A stretch of DNA of 64,000 nt from Lingula anatina. Its lineage: Eukaryota > Animalia > Brachiopoda. Numbering within the stretch: the stretch's first letter is position 1; each line of letters begins with the position of its first letter. The DNA lies in contig CM120649.1 of assembly GCA_051362555.1 (NCBI GenBank), positions 6,820,001 through 6,884,000 of the forward strand. The letters are read 5' to 3'. Both the position numbers and the translations under genes were made by a program. Positions 35,398-47,800 of this stretch are shown one piece after another. The notes under the pieces were generated by a model. The model was given only the letters and a program-made list of their open reading frames with translations. It was not told the origin of the DNA and searched no databases.

Positions 35398-38300
35398 GCA
35401 CCACTTCCTTTACTTATACTTTCACATTCTTATTCTGATACTTCTACAGCACACTGAGAGCTTAATTGCTCATGTTGGTGCCATTTCGTTAAGTAACAAA
35501 TAGCAGACAAAATGTTACTTTAACCCATTTGCAGGCTTTTTATGCTGCAATATATATTTAAGGCCAACATACTAAAAAAAGAACAGATTACAACGTGATA
35601 CAATGCATTGATACATCCTGCATCGTAACTGCCACATATATCCTATTTAACATGCCCAGCTATGTGAATAAACAGAATAGGAGCTTATTTCCCTTAATCC
35701 CAACAGCTAGGGAGATTAGTGTCTGAAACCTACGTCTCCCTCTGGAATGTGAATTGTGTGTTGATTTTGTTAATTTGATGGTTACATGTATATGTAAATA
35801 CACACAGGAATGTGTATTATGAAGTATGATGTATTCTAGTGTGTGTATTTCACTGTTGCATCTCTCCTGTGTTTTGTATTTATTTGCAGGAGATACAGTA
35901 TATGTCCTTGGGTCACTTTAGTTCAGGGTAAATTTCAGTCTAATGCTTAAATGTAACATATATATTTTAATTTAGTTGAGGAAGATTTTTTTTAAGTCAA
36001 AATTCTCATTGATAATTAAAAGTTATAAAATTTAATATGACCTTAATTAACTTACTTTTCAGATTCTGTTCCAGGATAAACCAGATTATAACCTTTTTTA
36101 TCAATTTTAAAGTTAATTCCATTTTGATTCCATGTGAAATTATTTGCTTATTTGACTAAAAGAAATTTTATCCGAAAGTGAACCAAGGTATCCTCCTTTT
36201 AATTGCCCAGTAAATTCCATTCCTCATTATCATCAATATTTCAGGTTCAAACAATCCTTTTTTTCAGCAGAAAGTGCAATTACAGTATCAGCAGTGGTTT
36301 GAGAATGTTACATATAACCGAGTTAACAGAATCCTACACATTGTCTGTAATGAATAAATAAGTAAAGGATGTGTGAATGGGGTCACAGCTGTATATGTGT
36401 CTGTGATCAATGAAGTCTTGTGCATGTACATATGTGTGATGGTGGCTGTACATGTGTATGTATGAATGTATGTATGTGAGGAAATGTACTAGTATAGTCT
36501 GTCTGTGTGTAGGTCTGCCTGTCTCCCCTTTGGCCCTATTGTCAATAATTTTGTCTATCTGTCTGTAGGTTTATCATTCTGTCTTCCTGCCTGTCTCTCT
36601 GTCCATTGCCCTTCTGTTTTTTTATTCATGTATATATATGTTTATGCATTGATATGTATATATCAGTTTGCAGAAGTCTGTCCCTATCTGATTTTTGGTG
36701 ACTATACACTTTGCATTCATTTGTATGCCTGCCTGTCTGGATTCTCATGTGTACAGTGTTTAATGCATTGGCAGGTGAACACTACAGGTGTATAGTACAT
36801 GTCTGAATGCACATGGGTATAGGCAGGTGTAGAGTACATATGTATGTCTGTCAAATATGATGTGCAGGCATGCACTTGCAGAGTGCAAGTATTATGAATA
36901 AAAAATGGTATTCTTTGGAAGAATGTCTTTTGGTAAATGAATGAAGATTATGGTGGTGTTTTTTTAAATGTAAGGTCAGAGTTTTGTAGGCGTGTGAAGC
37001 CAAAGATCTGAAGCTAAATTTTGACACTTTGTGGTCTGGTTAGTTTTTAAGGTCCTGATTGTTTTTTAAATAGAAATAAAACAGGTCTCTGATCAGTGGA
37101 CCCCAAATTCAGTTTTTATCTTCATATTGAGTGTTGTTAATAAAGATAGTCGCAAAAGCTGAAATGACCATAAAACAGAGCAAAAAATCTTTGTCTTTTT
37201 TATTTTTTCCCCAAAAATCTGTAGCTGTTTTAAAAAGAAAGACATATATGATGGTATTAGACCTGTGTGTTACATAATGTTGTGTAGTTAGTTCATCATG
37301 CAGGAGTGGGAAATAAAAAAAAATATCTTGAAATAAGAAAAAAAGTACCTCAGTTCTGTAGTGATTCACATTGAGTTAAATTGAGCATGTATGTCTTACA
37401 TTCTGTAAGGTGCGGATTGCAGTAGAATATGGCATGAAGTCCTCACTTATGTCATCTTACAAGGATGTATCTTTGCAAAGCTGTTTTGTGGTCTGCTGTT
37501 GATTCCTCGCTTCTGGTGCAAGCTAAGGCTCAAATTGAGAAGATTCTTGGCTAGAACTTGATCTAGTCTTACTGTGTAATTTATTAGACAAGGAAAGCAG
37601 TGGGAGCATTACCAAAGACTTGAATAGTTTGTGCCTGATGCTAGGATCAGCTTGGTTTATGTATTACAGTGTGCTGGTACTTACCAGAATTTTGAATTAT
37701 TTTCCTGCATTTTTCAGTTAAGTACCACGATCCTCAGATCTAATGATCGCTAGCTTTTCATCTCTAGATCTCTGCAATGTACAAGTAAATGATCCCTTAT
37801 TTAAAAATAAAGCTGTCCCACATCGAATCTGCAATGCCTGTTAGATTTTACATGAAGTAGGAAAAATCCATGGGTTGAAGCAGAACTTAAAATATCTGTG
37901 GTGCTTATATGACCCCAGTTGAGGCAGCTAAAAAGGACTAAGCCACATTAATGGGTTTCGTTTCTTTACTTTTAAAGTGGAAATATGAGTTATTGTAAGC
38001 TCTGTTGAACTCTGTTGAATTCAACATGCTGGTATCAACAGACCACTGCATAGTTTTCTTATGTATGTCATGTTGGCTGTACTTGAACAAGAATTTGTGG
38101 TAGTGTCTAAGTCATGAAAAACCAGCACCTTCCACAAAAAGTGTTTTTTGGTCACATACCCATAGAAACTATTTGTGGGCAATTTTTGAGGTAATTTGTT
38201 ATCTAATAAACAGAGGCAAATGGACATATATGGATAAAATAATGCTGATGAAAAGGTAATCCCTGTTCATGATGGAGGTCTACATAGGTTACATCTAGCA

Positions 38301-39715
38301 TTGTTTGAATAAAGTCTTCTTTAACACTAACTGCAGGAAGTAGACCACTTGATTGCTAATTATAAGTGTGTGGGTCAGGATAGTGAGCTTTGTTAGAAAT
38401 TAATGTTTGTTGTGAATTCAAAACAGAAAGAACGAGTAGCTTCCCAAAAATGTTTTGTTATTAATGCCTAAAATGTTCATTTAGATGTTTTAAAAAAGTT
38501 AGTTGGCTTAGTGTTAGAATGTACATTTTGCATATAACTAAAGGTGATCAATCTTACTGCATATAGAAAGCAGAAATTTCTGTTTAAAAGCTTGTAGTTC
38601 TTTTTATTTTTTCATTTTCTCTTTTTTTGGCAAAGGGGTCCTTGATGAGCAAACAATTATCATTCATTGACGCAATTCTCTTCAGTGAACTGTGAAATGG
38701 TGCAAACAGTTGATGAGAAATAAGGATCGATTTTATGAGAATAGCGTCTGTGAAGTTGTGATCGAGTCAGAGAGATATGTCATGATGTCTGCGAGTACAT
38801 TCTTTCACCTACTGAACTTTTCATATGCACTCAAAGGGAAATGTAACACTCAAAGGAGTTTCCTTTTTGTGATCATGTGATTTATGCTGCTTCCATGCTG
38901 GAATTTTGTAAAATTCATCTTCATAGTTATCATGTTATACACCAGGGGGCAGTATTTTCCAAGAAATGACAGATAATCATTTTTTTTTTTTTGTATGTTG
39001 TCTGATATGTAAATATTAGATCATAGCCAGTCCACCAAGCTTAGGATTTTTAAAAAATAAAAGTGATGGAATTCTGATAATTTAAATTTTTTCATTTGGA
39101 AACTGCAAATAGGTAGATATTTAACCTTTTAAAAAAGATATTTAACTTGCAGACTTTGATATATAATTAGCTGGTCTTATTATGCCAGTATATGAATTTG
39201 TCTGTTTACCACTCAAAATGATTTACCTATATATGTTATTGAAAATAAAATAAATCTGACATTATTCACTGACGCCTTGCTGGGCAGCTTGTCCAAATAA
39301 AGGTGAAAAGGGAAGGCTATAATATACCTTTATTGATACAAGATCATGTTAAATAACATGCAGTAGCAATTCTAACATGGTCAGTATTTGTCTGCAAATT
39401 CCATCCAAGCCTCACCTTTGCTGCCTGCAGGTATTTGTTGATTTATATCTGCTGTTCAAAGGGTCATTTAGGTTAGTGACTAAAACTGTACTATGTTTGA
39501 AGTGTTTACATTTATATGTATCCTTGTAAACAGGTCTAATGTCAAAGTGACATACTGCCAAAAAGTACCAGTTTGGAACATGGAATGGTGTCTGTTTGTG
39601 TGTGGTTGGGGCGGGGAAGGGGGGGGGGGGGGAGGGGGGGGCATCTATCAAAGTGATACTGAAGGTAAAGGTTAAATAACATAGTAACCAAGTCTTCTTT
39701 GTATGGAATGGATTA

Positions 39716-39881
39716 CAGGGGCGGATCCAAAGATATTTTCTGACAGTCTTCCAAATTATCTTTGTTACCATCCTCCATTTTTGACCGTCTTCCGACAGAA
39801 AAAAATAGATACCTGTCAATGTAAACTTGAAAATCTGATCTTCTTCCAGAAGACCCAGAAGACGGCCTAAATCCGCCTCTG
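39716..39881 (-). mobile_element. Second copy of the hAT5-like MITE (inverted relative to 11738-11905)
   Basis: GATTA|CAGGGGCGGATCC...AAATCCGCCTCTG|GGTTA; the interior is the reverse complement of 11738-11905. Confidence 0.9.
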
Positions 39882-40317
39882 GGTTAGATACTGATTATCT
39901 GAAGAGGTACGGGGAGGGGTCTTTATGTTGTTTTGCCAGTAAGACTAAACTTTAAAGGAATAAAAAAAATGGCCATTGGCTATGGAATTAAGGTACAAGT
40001 ATGTCAGCTGAAAGTGGATATAAAACATGAATATTAAAGCCTGAAATGATTGTAGGCATTCTTGGCCTTATGATAATCAATACAGCATACTTCACCTCCC
40101 AGGGACAAGTTTTATGTCTCATCTCACAAACTTGTAGATAGAACTGTGTTTTGTGATATATGGGAGCCAGTAAATAATGGCAGGAATAGGTGGAATTAGT
40201 GAGAATGTGAGGCATGGTTATGGCTGTTCTGAATGCTTGGAAGTGGAGTTAATGGGATGATTGGAATGTAGAGGGGCAAATATTGCAGCATTATTTTGTT
40301 AGAAATCCTCTGACCAA

Positions 40318-40319
40318 AA

Positions 40320-40365
<46 letters not shown>
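40318..40365. repeat. (TAAA)n microsatellite
   Basis: Read directly from the sequence. Confidence 0.95.
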
Positions 40366-40366
<1 letters not shown>

Positions 40367-40881
40367 CAGTAAGTTAGGAATATATAAATTATTTAATAAG
40401 TTATATTGAATAAATGAATAAAAAAGTTAGTTAATAAAAGAACATTAGAAATACATATTTTAAGCTTAGTTTCTACTCATAGATTTTAGCAACAAAATAG
40501 AAAGTGTTATTTTGCCGCGAACACTCCCCCCCCCCCCAAAAAAAAAATAATAATAAATAAAATAAATAAGAAGATGAATTAATGAATGAAAATAAAACAA
40601 TTTAAGAAAATCCCTGCATAAGATATATTTCTACTTAGTAGATATGCATTAAAATGCTACCACTAATTGCACAGATTTACTGGTCAAAGAAAGTAAATGA
40701 TGTGCCTGGTCACCTGTGAAAATTGACATTTTTGCCCCAAAGTAAAGAAAGGTCAAGTAGCCAAGTTTATAACACCCTGAGTATCAATCTTTACTGGAAA
40801 CTGGTTTCTGTTTATTTATTTATTATTTATTTATTTATTTATTTTCATTACTAATAAGGGGGATCTGTAATTGGAGGTGGG

Positions 40882-41137
40882 AGGTAATTTTTGCTCCTCC
40901 GCCAATCTGTGTTTAAGGCCGCATTCAGAACAGTGGACTAACTAGTCTGAGGGTCAAATATGGCGACATACTACAAAGCTTGCTGTCTAATCCACTAATA
41001 GACGCTGAATAGATTGCCTGTGGGGAAGTATTCAAGTGGGTCGGCCATATTTGAACCTCCGACTAGTTAGTCCACTGTTCTGAAAGTGGCCTTAAAAACA
41101 GATTGGGGAAGGGGCACAAATTAGCTCCCCCCTCCAC
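40882..41137. mobile_element. Hairpin/foldback MITE with ~90-bp arms and a Harbinger-like core at 40917-41091
   Basis: TAAGGCCGCATTCAGAACAGTGGACTAACTAGTC / GACTAGTTAGTCCACTGTTCTGAAAGTGGCCTTAA. The symmetry extends ~35 bp further out on both sides. Confidence 0.8.
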
Positions 41138-41456
41138 TAACACTGGACACTGTTCTGGATGAGGAATAAGAGGCTTTGCTTTAATAAAAGAAATCATTGG
41201 CTTTAAGCTTTTGCTTAGTAGACTTTCAAACAGGGAGTAATGAACTGTTATCAAATTGCGATAAGATAATCAGCAGTGCAAGTGTATGGGCCTCCAGAGT
41301 TTTGGGTTCAGAATCATTTTGACCTGATTCTGTGCCAAAAAATGTGTTATTATTGGAACCCTCTCTGATTACGTAAATAATAATACTTTGCCATGTGATA
41401 GACTGAGTTATAGGTCATGATGCTATGGTGATTTTCATCATTGATTTTGTTGATGG

Positions 41457-41493
<37 letters not shown>

Positions 41494-41639
41494 AATTCGA
41501 AAAGGATCTCTTAATTTATTTTTGAAATTCCTGTAGTAGCATTATTATGAAAGGGATGCAAGTATTACTGTATATATGAAATTTTAATTAAACCACATAG
41601 TGAATATCAATCATAAAAAATCTGTTGCTTTGAAGAAAA

Positions 41640-41641
<2 letters not shown>

Positions 41642-41710
<69 letters not shown>
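41642..41710. repeat. (TA)n microsatellite
   Basis: Read directly from the sequence. Confidence 0.95.
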
Positions 41711-41714
<4 letters not shown>

Positions 41715-42184
41715 CACTCACTGATTGCACCATCTTTTCAATGGAAATAAAATTCCACCTGCCATCTGGTAGTTTTGAAGGTGATAGACAGGTCATGCAC
41801 AAATGTTTTGAAATTTATACTCTTTGATGACAGGATACACATTATAGGATTCAGCTAGGTGTTAAAATGAGTGCATGGGTCCTTGAATTAAGTTATGTCG
41901 ATGTCAAATATATAGCTTTGTGCAGGGTATTTTCAAGTAAATTTCATATATATTGGCAAACAACCTATTTAATTTCATCCACTTATTTTTTCAGTTGCGC
42001 AACATGACAGACAAATGATTTCAGAGATTTGTAAGATGTAATTACATTACAAGAAGGGCATTTTAAGAGCCTATTAATATAATAATAATAATAATAATAA
42101 TAACTTTGAGCACTTCCTCCCCTCCTCCCCCCCCCCCACACACACATACACAAGGAAAAAAATAAATCAAAATCATGAGTGTAA

Positions 42185-42676
42185 GGCTTTGTTCACATGG
42201 AAAGTCTATTTTCTAAAAATCTATTTTCTATTGGCAGTATCTTATGATGCCCTGAATATCCCGCGGCGTAATTACTGGCAGCGCGAGCCAGTTACTTATA
42301 CAAAGCTGTAATTAATTCTCGGCTGTGCTCGCATTCTATAAAATCTCATCCTCCGTTGCCGCATCGCTTGCCATTGGATCATGACAGTTGCACTCGTATC
42401 TGTCGTGTGTATAGCTTCTTCATCTTCTTCGTCTTGTTGTTTCACAAAATCGACAAACACATTTTTCAAAGGAACAGCAACCGCCATTAACTTTCTAACT
42501 TCCTACTACGCATGCGTCAAGGTATCAGAATCTCCTCCGAGCACAGCCAAGAATTAATTACAGCTTTGGAAGTAACTGGCTCTTGCTGCCGTAATTACGC
42601 ACAGACCGTGATCACAAGATATACTGCAAATAAAAAACAGATTTTTAGAAAATAGTCTTTCCATGTGAACGAAGCC
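42185..42676. mobile_element. PIF/Harbinger non-autonomous element with ~140-bp TIRs
   Basis: TAA|GGCTTTGTTCACATGGAAAGTCTATTTTCTAAAAATCT...AGATTTTTAGAAAATAGTCTTTCCATGTGAACGAAGCC|TAA. The internal minus-strand acidic/basic ORF 42296-42487 may be a transposase 5' remnant. Confidence 0.88.
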
Positions 42677-44371
42677 TAAGTTATAAAATCAGGAAAAATT
42701 TAAAGAATTTTATTCTGCATTCTTTTCAGATCCATTTATCATTGAGATGTTTTCCTTCTTTTTGTTGACAATAATATGATACATGCACATTTTGGCCGTC
42801 TGGAATTTCCAGCGTGGGGCAAAACGTGTAGACGCTACAGGGTGCTTAAAAAGAAAGGGTCCAAATATCTGATGATTAGAGACATTTTAAACAGATTTTG
42901 ACTGAAAAACTAGTATTAGAATTTGATGTGGAAAAGTATATACTTGGACCAAACTTTGCCATGCTGGTATTATGATTCGGTATCATGTTAGTCCACATTA
43001 GAATTGACTGGTAAATTTTGGATACCCTGTACCTTTTGTGGAAAGCAGGTGGAGGAACACGTGTTCTCTAAAAGGAGCACAAATGTGGGATTTGCATGTT
43101 GGCCTGTGAAATTTTGTCTCATTTTTCTCCACGGTTCATGAGCATGAGCAGGATAGGTGATCAATCATCCATCATATTTCACATTCTGTATCCCTATGCA
43201 GGGCCTTGCCATAAAACAATGGGCACTGATCCATGGATGGCTTTGTCTCAACTAATGCAATCGTCACATCCAGCACAATCAGAATATTATCCATATCAGG
43301 TTTTTTTAAAAGAAAATATGTAATTTTCAGACTGCATGCAAAATTGTACCATTTTTGTAAAAGTCAGGTGGAAATGAAATAATTTCAACTTATTAAGGGG
43401 CTGGTGTTGATCATTACAAGCCAATGTCATTATTATTTTATTGCCATTCTCATACATTTTACTTTCGAACTTTATGCAACTATACTGGTCATTCTGTAGT
43501 GTACAAAATACCATGTACCATGTACCATGGATAGTGATGCTGTCATTTTTGCTATATGAGCCCCAACTCTCACATTTTTTATTTACTGACCAATGGGCAC
43601 TTACAGTCACCAAGGGTCATCTAGAGCCGTTCTAAATGTTAAAAAGTAAAAGAAATTGTGTCTATTCACTCACACACATGAAAAGTGGTCCACGAGGAAT
43701 GGTACCAACTTTGCTTCCCTGGACGTCGAGCATCTTGACATTATCAAGTTATGCACTAATTGACATGGCTAAGTGGTAAAAGATGTGAACTACATTCGGA
43801 TTGGAATATTTTTAGACATAATGACTATGACAATGGGAATTGTCTTCCTAGCATTACCAAAGGCGATAATGACGTTAAGAACCTGCTGAAATTTTATTTC
43901 ATGGTAGAGTGGATACCATAGATAACAGAACAGGGGACAGACTGTAGTTTTGTAAAATTAAGTTTACTTAGAGATTTTTTTCTGGTGTTTTGACTTTGCA
44001 TCATCTACTGAAGCAAGTGCACTGGAAAAAGTGGATACTATAACAAGAGTATACATCTGTTATTAAATATGGACATTACAGTAGAAATGGGCACTAGAAC
44101 GAGGGACGATATATACCTTATAAATATTTGACTTCAGAAGTGATTTCGATATCGAAAAAAGTGGACACTCCTACAACTATCAGTATCGGTTGTGATGGGA
44201 TAAGAACACCACAGTGAAATACCATTAAATTCAGCCCAGACTTTTAATCAGCATTTGCAGATTATGAAATTGTGATAAAAATACAGTCTGTAATTACTGC
44301 CACGCACATGACAGTGGCATCATCAACGTCATCAGTAGAGTACTTCTGTTTCAAACCGGGATACTGGCAGC

Positions 44372-44547
44372 ATGGCAGCGTCAACAATGTCACAATACAG
44401 TAACAGTATGTCTCGGTACAATAACAATACAGTGCAGCCCTGCAGTGACAATACTAATGTGGTCATTTTGTGTGTCCAGAGTTGTGATGTCCAGCAGGTG
44501 TTCAGGCTTGTCCAGTTCATGGTCAAAAAACGGAAAAGGCTTTTAAG
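44372..44547 (+). CDS. Candidate alternative first coding exon of the TSC22 gene (MAASTMSQYSNSMSRYNNNTVQPCSDNTNVVILCVQSCDVQQVFRLVQFMVKKRKRLL)
   Basis: Kozak AGCATGG, 58 codons + 2 nt, strong phase-2 donor TTAAG|GTAAGA. At 59 codons it falls below the ORF-track cutoff. Confidence 0.55.
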
Positions 44548-44751
44548 GTAAGAGTGATCAAGATCTCTCACTCAAATACTGAAGACTGACTTCTACTGTT
44601 TTGTGCCTGGTTATTTTAAGTTAAATAAGCAGATGAACCAAATTTACAAATTGACAAAAAGAAATTTGGGTTGTAGCCATTTAGTTAGGCAAAACAAATA
44701 ACTTGCTTTTTATCATGACTCCTCTGCTATAATTGTTTGCTTATGTATTAA

Positions 44752-44786
<35 letters not shown>

Positions 44787-44791
44787 TCTTT

Positions 44792-44826
<35 letters not shown>

Positions 44827-47800
44827 TAGGCCTTAGTTATAATTTAACAGTAGGTAGTTTACTCCCAGAAAAGGATACTTAATATTCCCCTCTCCTGAAT
44901 GGGATTTAACCCCCCCCCCCCCCCCCCCCCCCCCCACCTTCAAAAATGCCCAATCTACATACTACTCATAGTTAATTCAGTGTAACTAATACAGTGCTTT
45001 AGAATGTGGACATCAGTGATTTTGTATTGGGATAAGATATAGCCATTATCATTTTGAAAATAATTGCTGATTATGTAGTAGATGAAGCTGACGTTTAGTT
45101 TGTATTATTAGTTCACCAATAATGTTCAGGTGTCACATCTGAGTTATACAAATTTATTTGAAGTTATCAGATCATAAATATAAAAGTTAAAAGATATATT
45201 TCGAAAGCAAGGTCAAAGCCAAAGAGCATTGTTCGTAAATTTTTCTTAGGAGCTTTTATTATTGTTACCTACTGCTTCTTATTTGCTGTTGTATGATGCT
45301 GACATCTGGTGGCATTCTTGGCAGAGGCTCTGTGAGGTGCTGCCCTCTTTTGCTAAAAAACATCAGTAAAAAATGAACCCCATCGAAAGTTATTCACAGA
45401 CTACTCATGTGCTGCCATCTGGCAACAGTTGCTGGAAGTTACTTAGGTTTCAGGAGTCTGTAAATTTAGAACTGAATGTGATTTCAGTACACAACTAACA
45501 CAATTTGGTTAGATTGGACTGTCTAATCTGGGTCCTTCAAGAATTGGTTACATAAGCAACCTATCGCCATCCCCCCCCCCCCCCCCAATAAAATAAAATT
45601 AAATTAAATTTAAAAAAAGAAAAAAGAGAGAAAGAGTTGATAACACAAACTTACAGATAACATGGCAAGCATGAAAAAGAAGTTTCTTTTTACTGACACT
45701 GACTTCCTCACTGCTAATTGGAAAAAAGATGAAAGGAAAAATAATTGAAATACATCATTAACAATGCATCAGTGATGGTTTTATTTTGAGTCATCCTGAA
45801 TTAAAAAACATGTTTTATGCATCTCCAGATGTACTAGAGCCTGTGTTGTTTACAATAAGTGATTGCATCAGTGAAAATGCTGTTTGGATTTTTACTTTAT
45901 TTCAAAATCTGATAGCAATGTAACAGTATATGTGCACCATTATATTTTTTGTCAATGCAAATGAATAGAAGTAAAACAGTAAATAAATATTAGATAAAGA
46001 ATAAATAAATAACTTGATGAATAAATAGATAATATATGTGTATTATCATTTATAGATTTTCACTTAGAATTACCATTGATTATGTAGTTAACAGTGAAAA
46101 AATACCAGAAAACAGTCAGGGGTGACTAGCATATGTCTGTGTGTGAAGAGCTTGAAGAGATGGAGTAGTACGTTATTCACTGTATGCTGTCTGATAGATG
46201 TGGTACAGAAATATAAGAATACACATGGACTATCAAGAAGGTAGTTTATATTTACCTATGTCCTGTAATTGTAACCAGGGCACAGACAACAGCTATGTCA
46301 GACAGATAGATGGGCAGAAAACTGTGTTGTGAGTCACATAACTGGGGATTTTTTTCTGCCAACAACTGTCTGTGAAACGAATCTGACCTACGACAGAAAT
46401 TTTTCCCTTTTCCAAGAACTTTATTTTTAGCGTCTGAGTTTATGTGGATGCAGTCCTTGGTGTAGATTTTTATCAGGCTGTATTTGTGTCTATGCACGTA
46501 TTTGTGCGTGTATGTGTGTATGCCTTTTTTCAAGGCATGGCCATTGTGGGAATTTCCTTTCACACATCGTAACATGTTATTTCTCTCCTCAGAATTCTCC
46601 TCAGGTGGTACTTAACCTTGCCTATGCTTTTGTATAGGTTGCAACTAAGAGATGCCAGTTGGATCCAAGTAACAAATGGAAATCATCTCAGTGTTTTTGT
46701 TCCTTTGGACCTCAGACAATATAAAATGAGAAAAAATTATTTAACAGTGAAAAAAATTCTTTTTCGAAAACAAGTATTTAATATGCTGGAGGCAGCATAC
46801 CTTTTCCAAAGCATCCAATATTTCGCTCTTTAAATTCTTAGGCTCCAGGTAATTTCTTCTTTTTCCATAAGTTTGCCCTGATGGGGGTAAATTTGGGTAA
46901 TCAAAAAAAGGACGAAACTGAAATAAGACATTTCCTGTCTTCCAGGTGATGAAGATTGTAGTTGCGGGTAAAAACAATTTTAACATGCTGATCTCAGATA
47001 TATGTAATAATCAGCGAAAACACTTGCGGCATGCTTTTAATCAGGCCAGGATGCCAGGAAATTTACAAAGTTACCTACCGTTACCAATAATCCTGGCATT
47101 CAGGGAAAAAATCCTAGGAATTAGTTAGTAATTTTTCATTGTCAGCTTTCCTGATGGATAGATTCAATTTTAAGAAAAGTGTTTATTTTTTTTTTTGAAA
47201 AAAATGACACCTTGCCTTTAATTTGTACTTGAGCAAGTTCCACCTGGAATGAAACCAGACATAATACCAATTGCATTCTGACATTTTGGTTTTGATTCGA
47301 TTTGTTTTTACCTTTATTGATCAGGTGGCATGGAACGTGGATATTGGGCGCTTGGCAGGTTGCCACACAGTTTTAGCTTATAAAGTTGAAAGTTATGGGG
47401 CGCGACTTGTCTCGCTGCCATATTTCTGGCAGTGAAAGTGAGGCTGGTGCCAGAGACGTGCATTTCTAGGAAAACTAGGAATCTTTGAGAAGCTGAGTTT
47501 CTTTGATGAGGCTAATTGAAAGGAAGTTTTGCGTAACCTACATTTACAAAGTAGATGATAGGGGAATTTTTGCTCATTGGGGTTGATAACTTTTAGCTCT
47601 GTCTGAGAAAGATATAGTTAATGGAAATTATATTAAAGCAATTTCTTTAGCAGTTTATCAAAATTAACCAAACATAAGAAATATAAATGGTGATGTATTG
47701 TTGTACACATTTTTTTCCAATTTGCAATGTGTGACTTTGCTGCATATTGCTTACTCTAGTTTAGAAAAAACTAAATTAAAAACCCACAAAAAAACTGCAT

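Noticed and set aside
46548-46557. Perfect NF-kB site GGGAATTTCC in the TSC22 intron
   Set aside because: A single 10-mer of a degenerate consensus in 64 kb with no other support.
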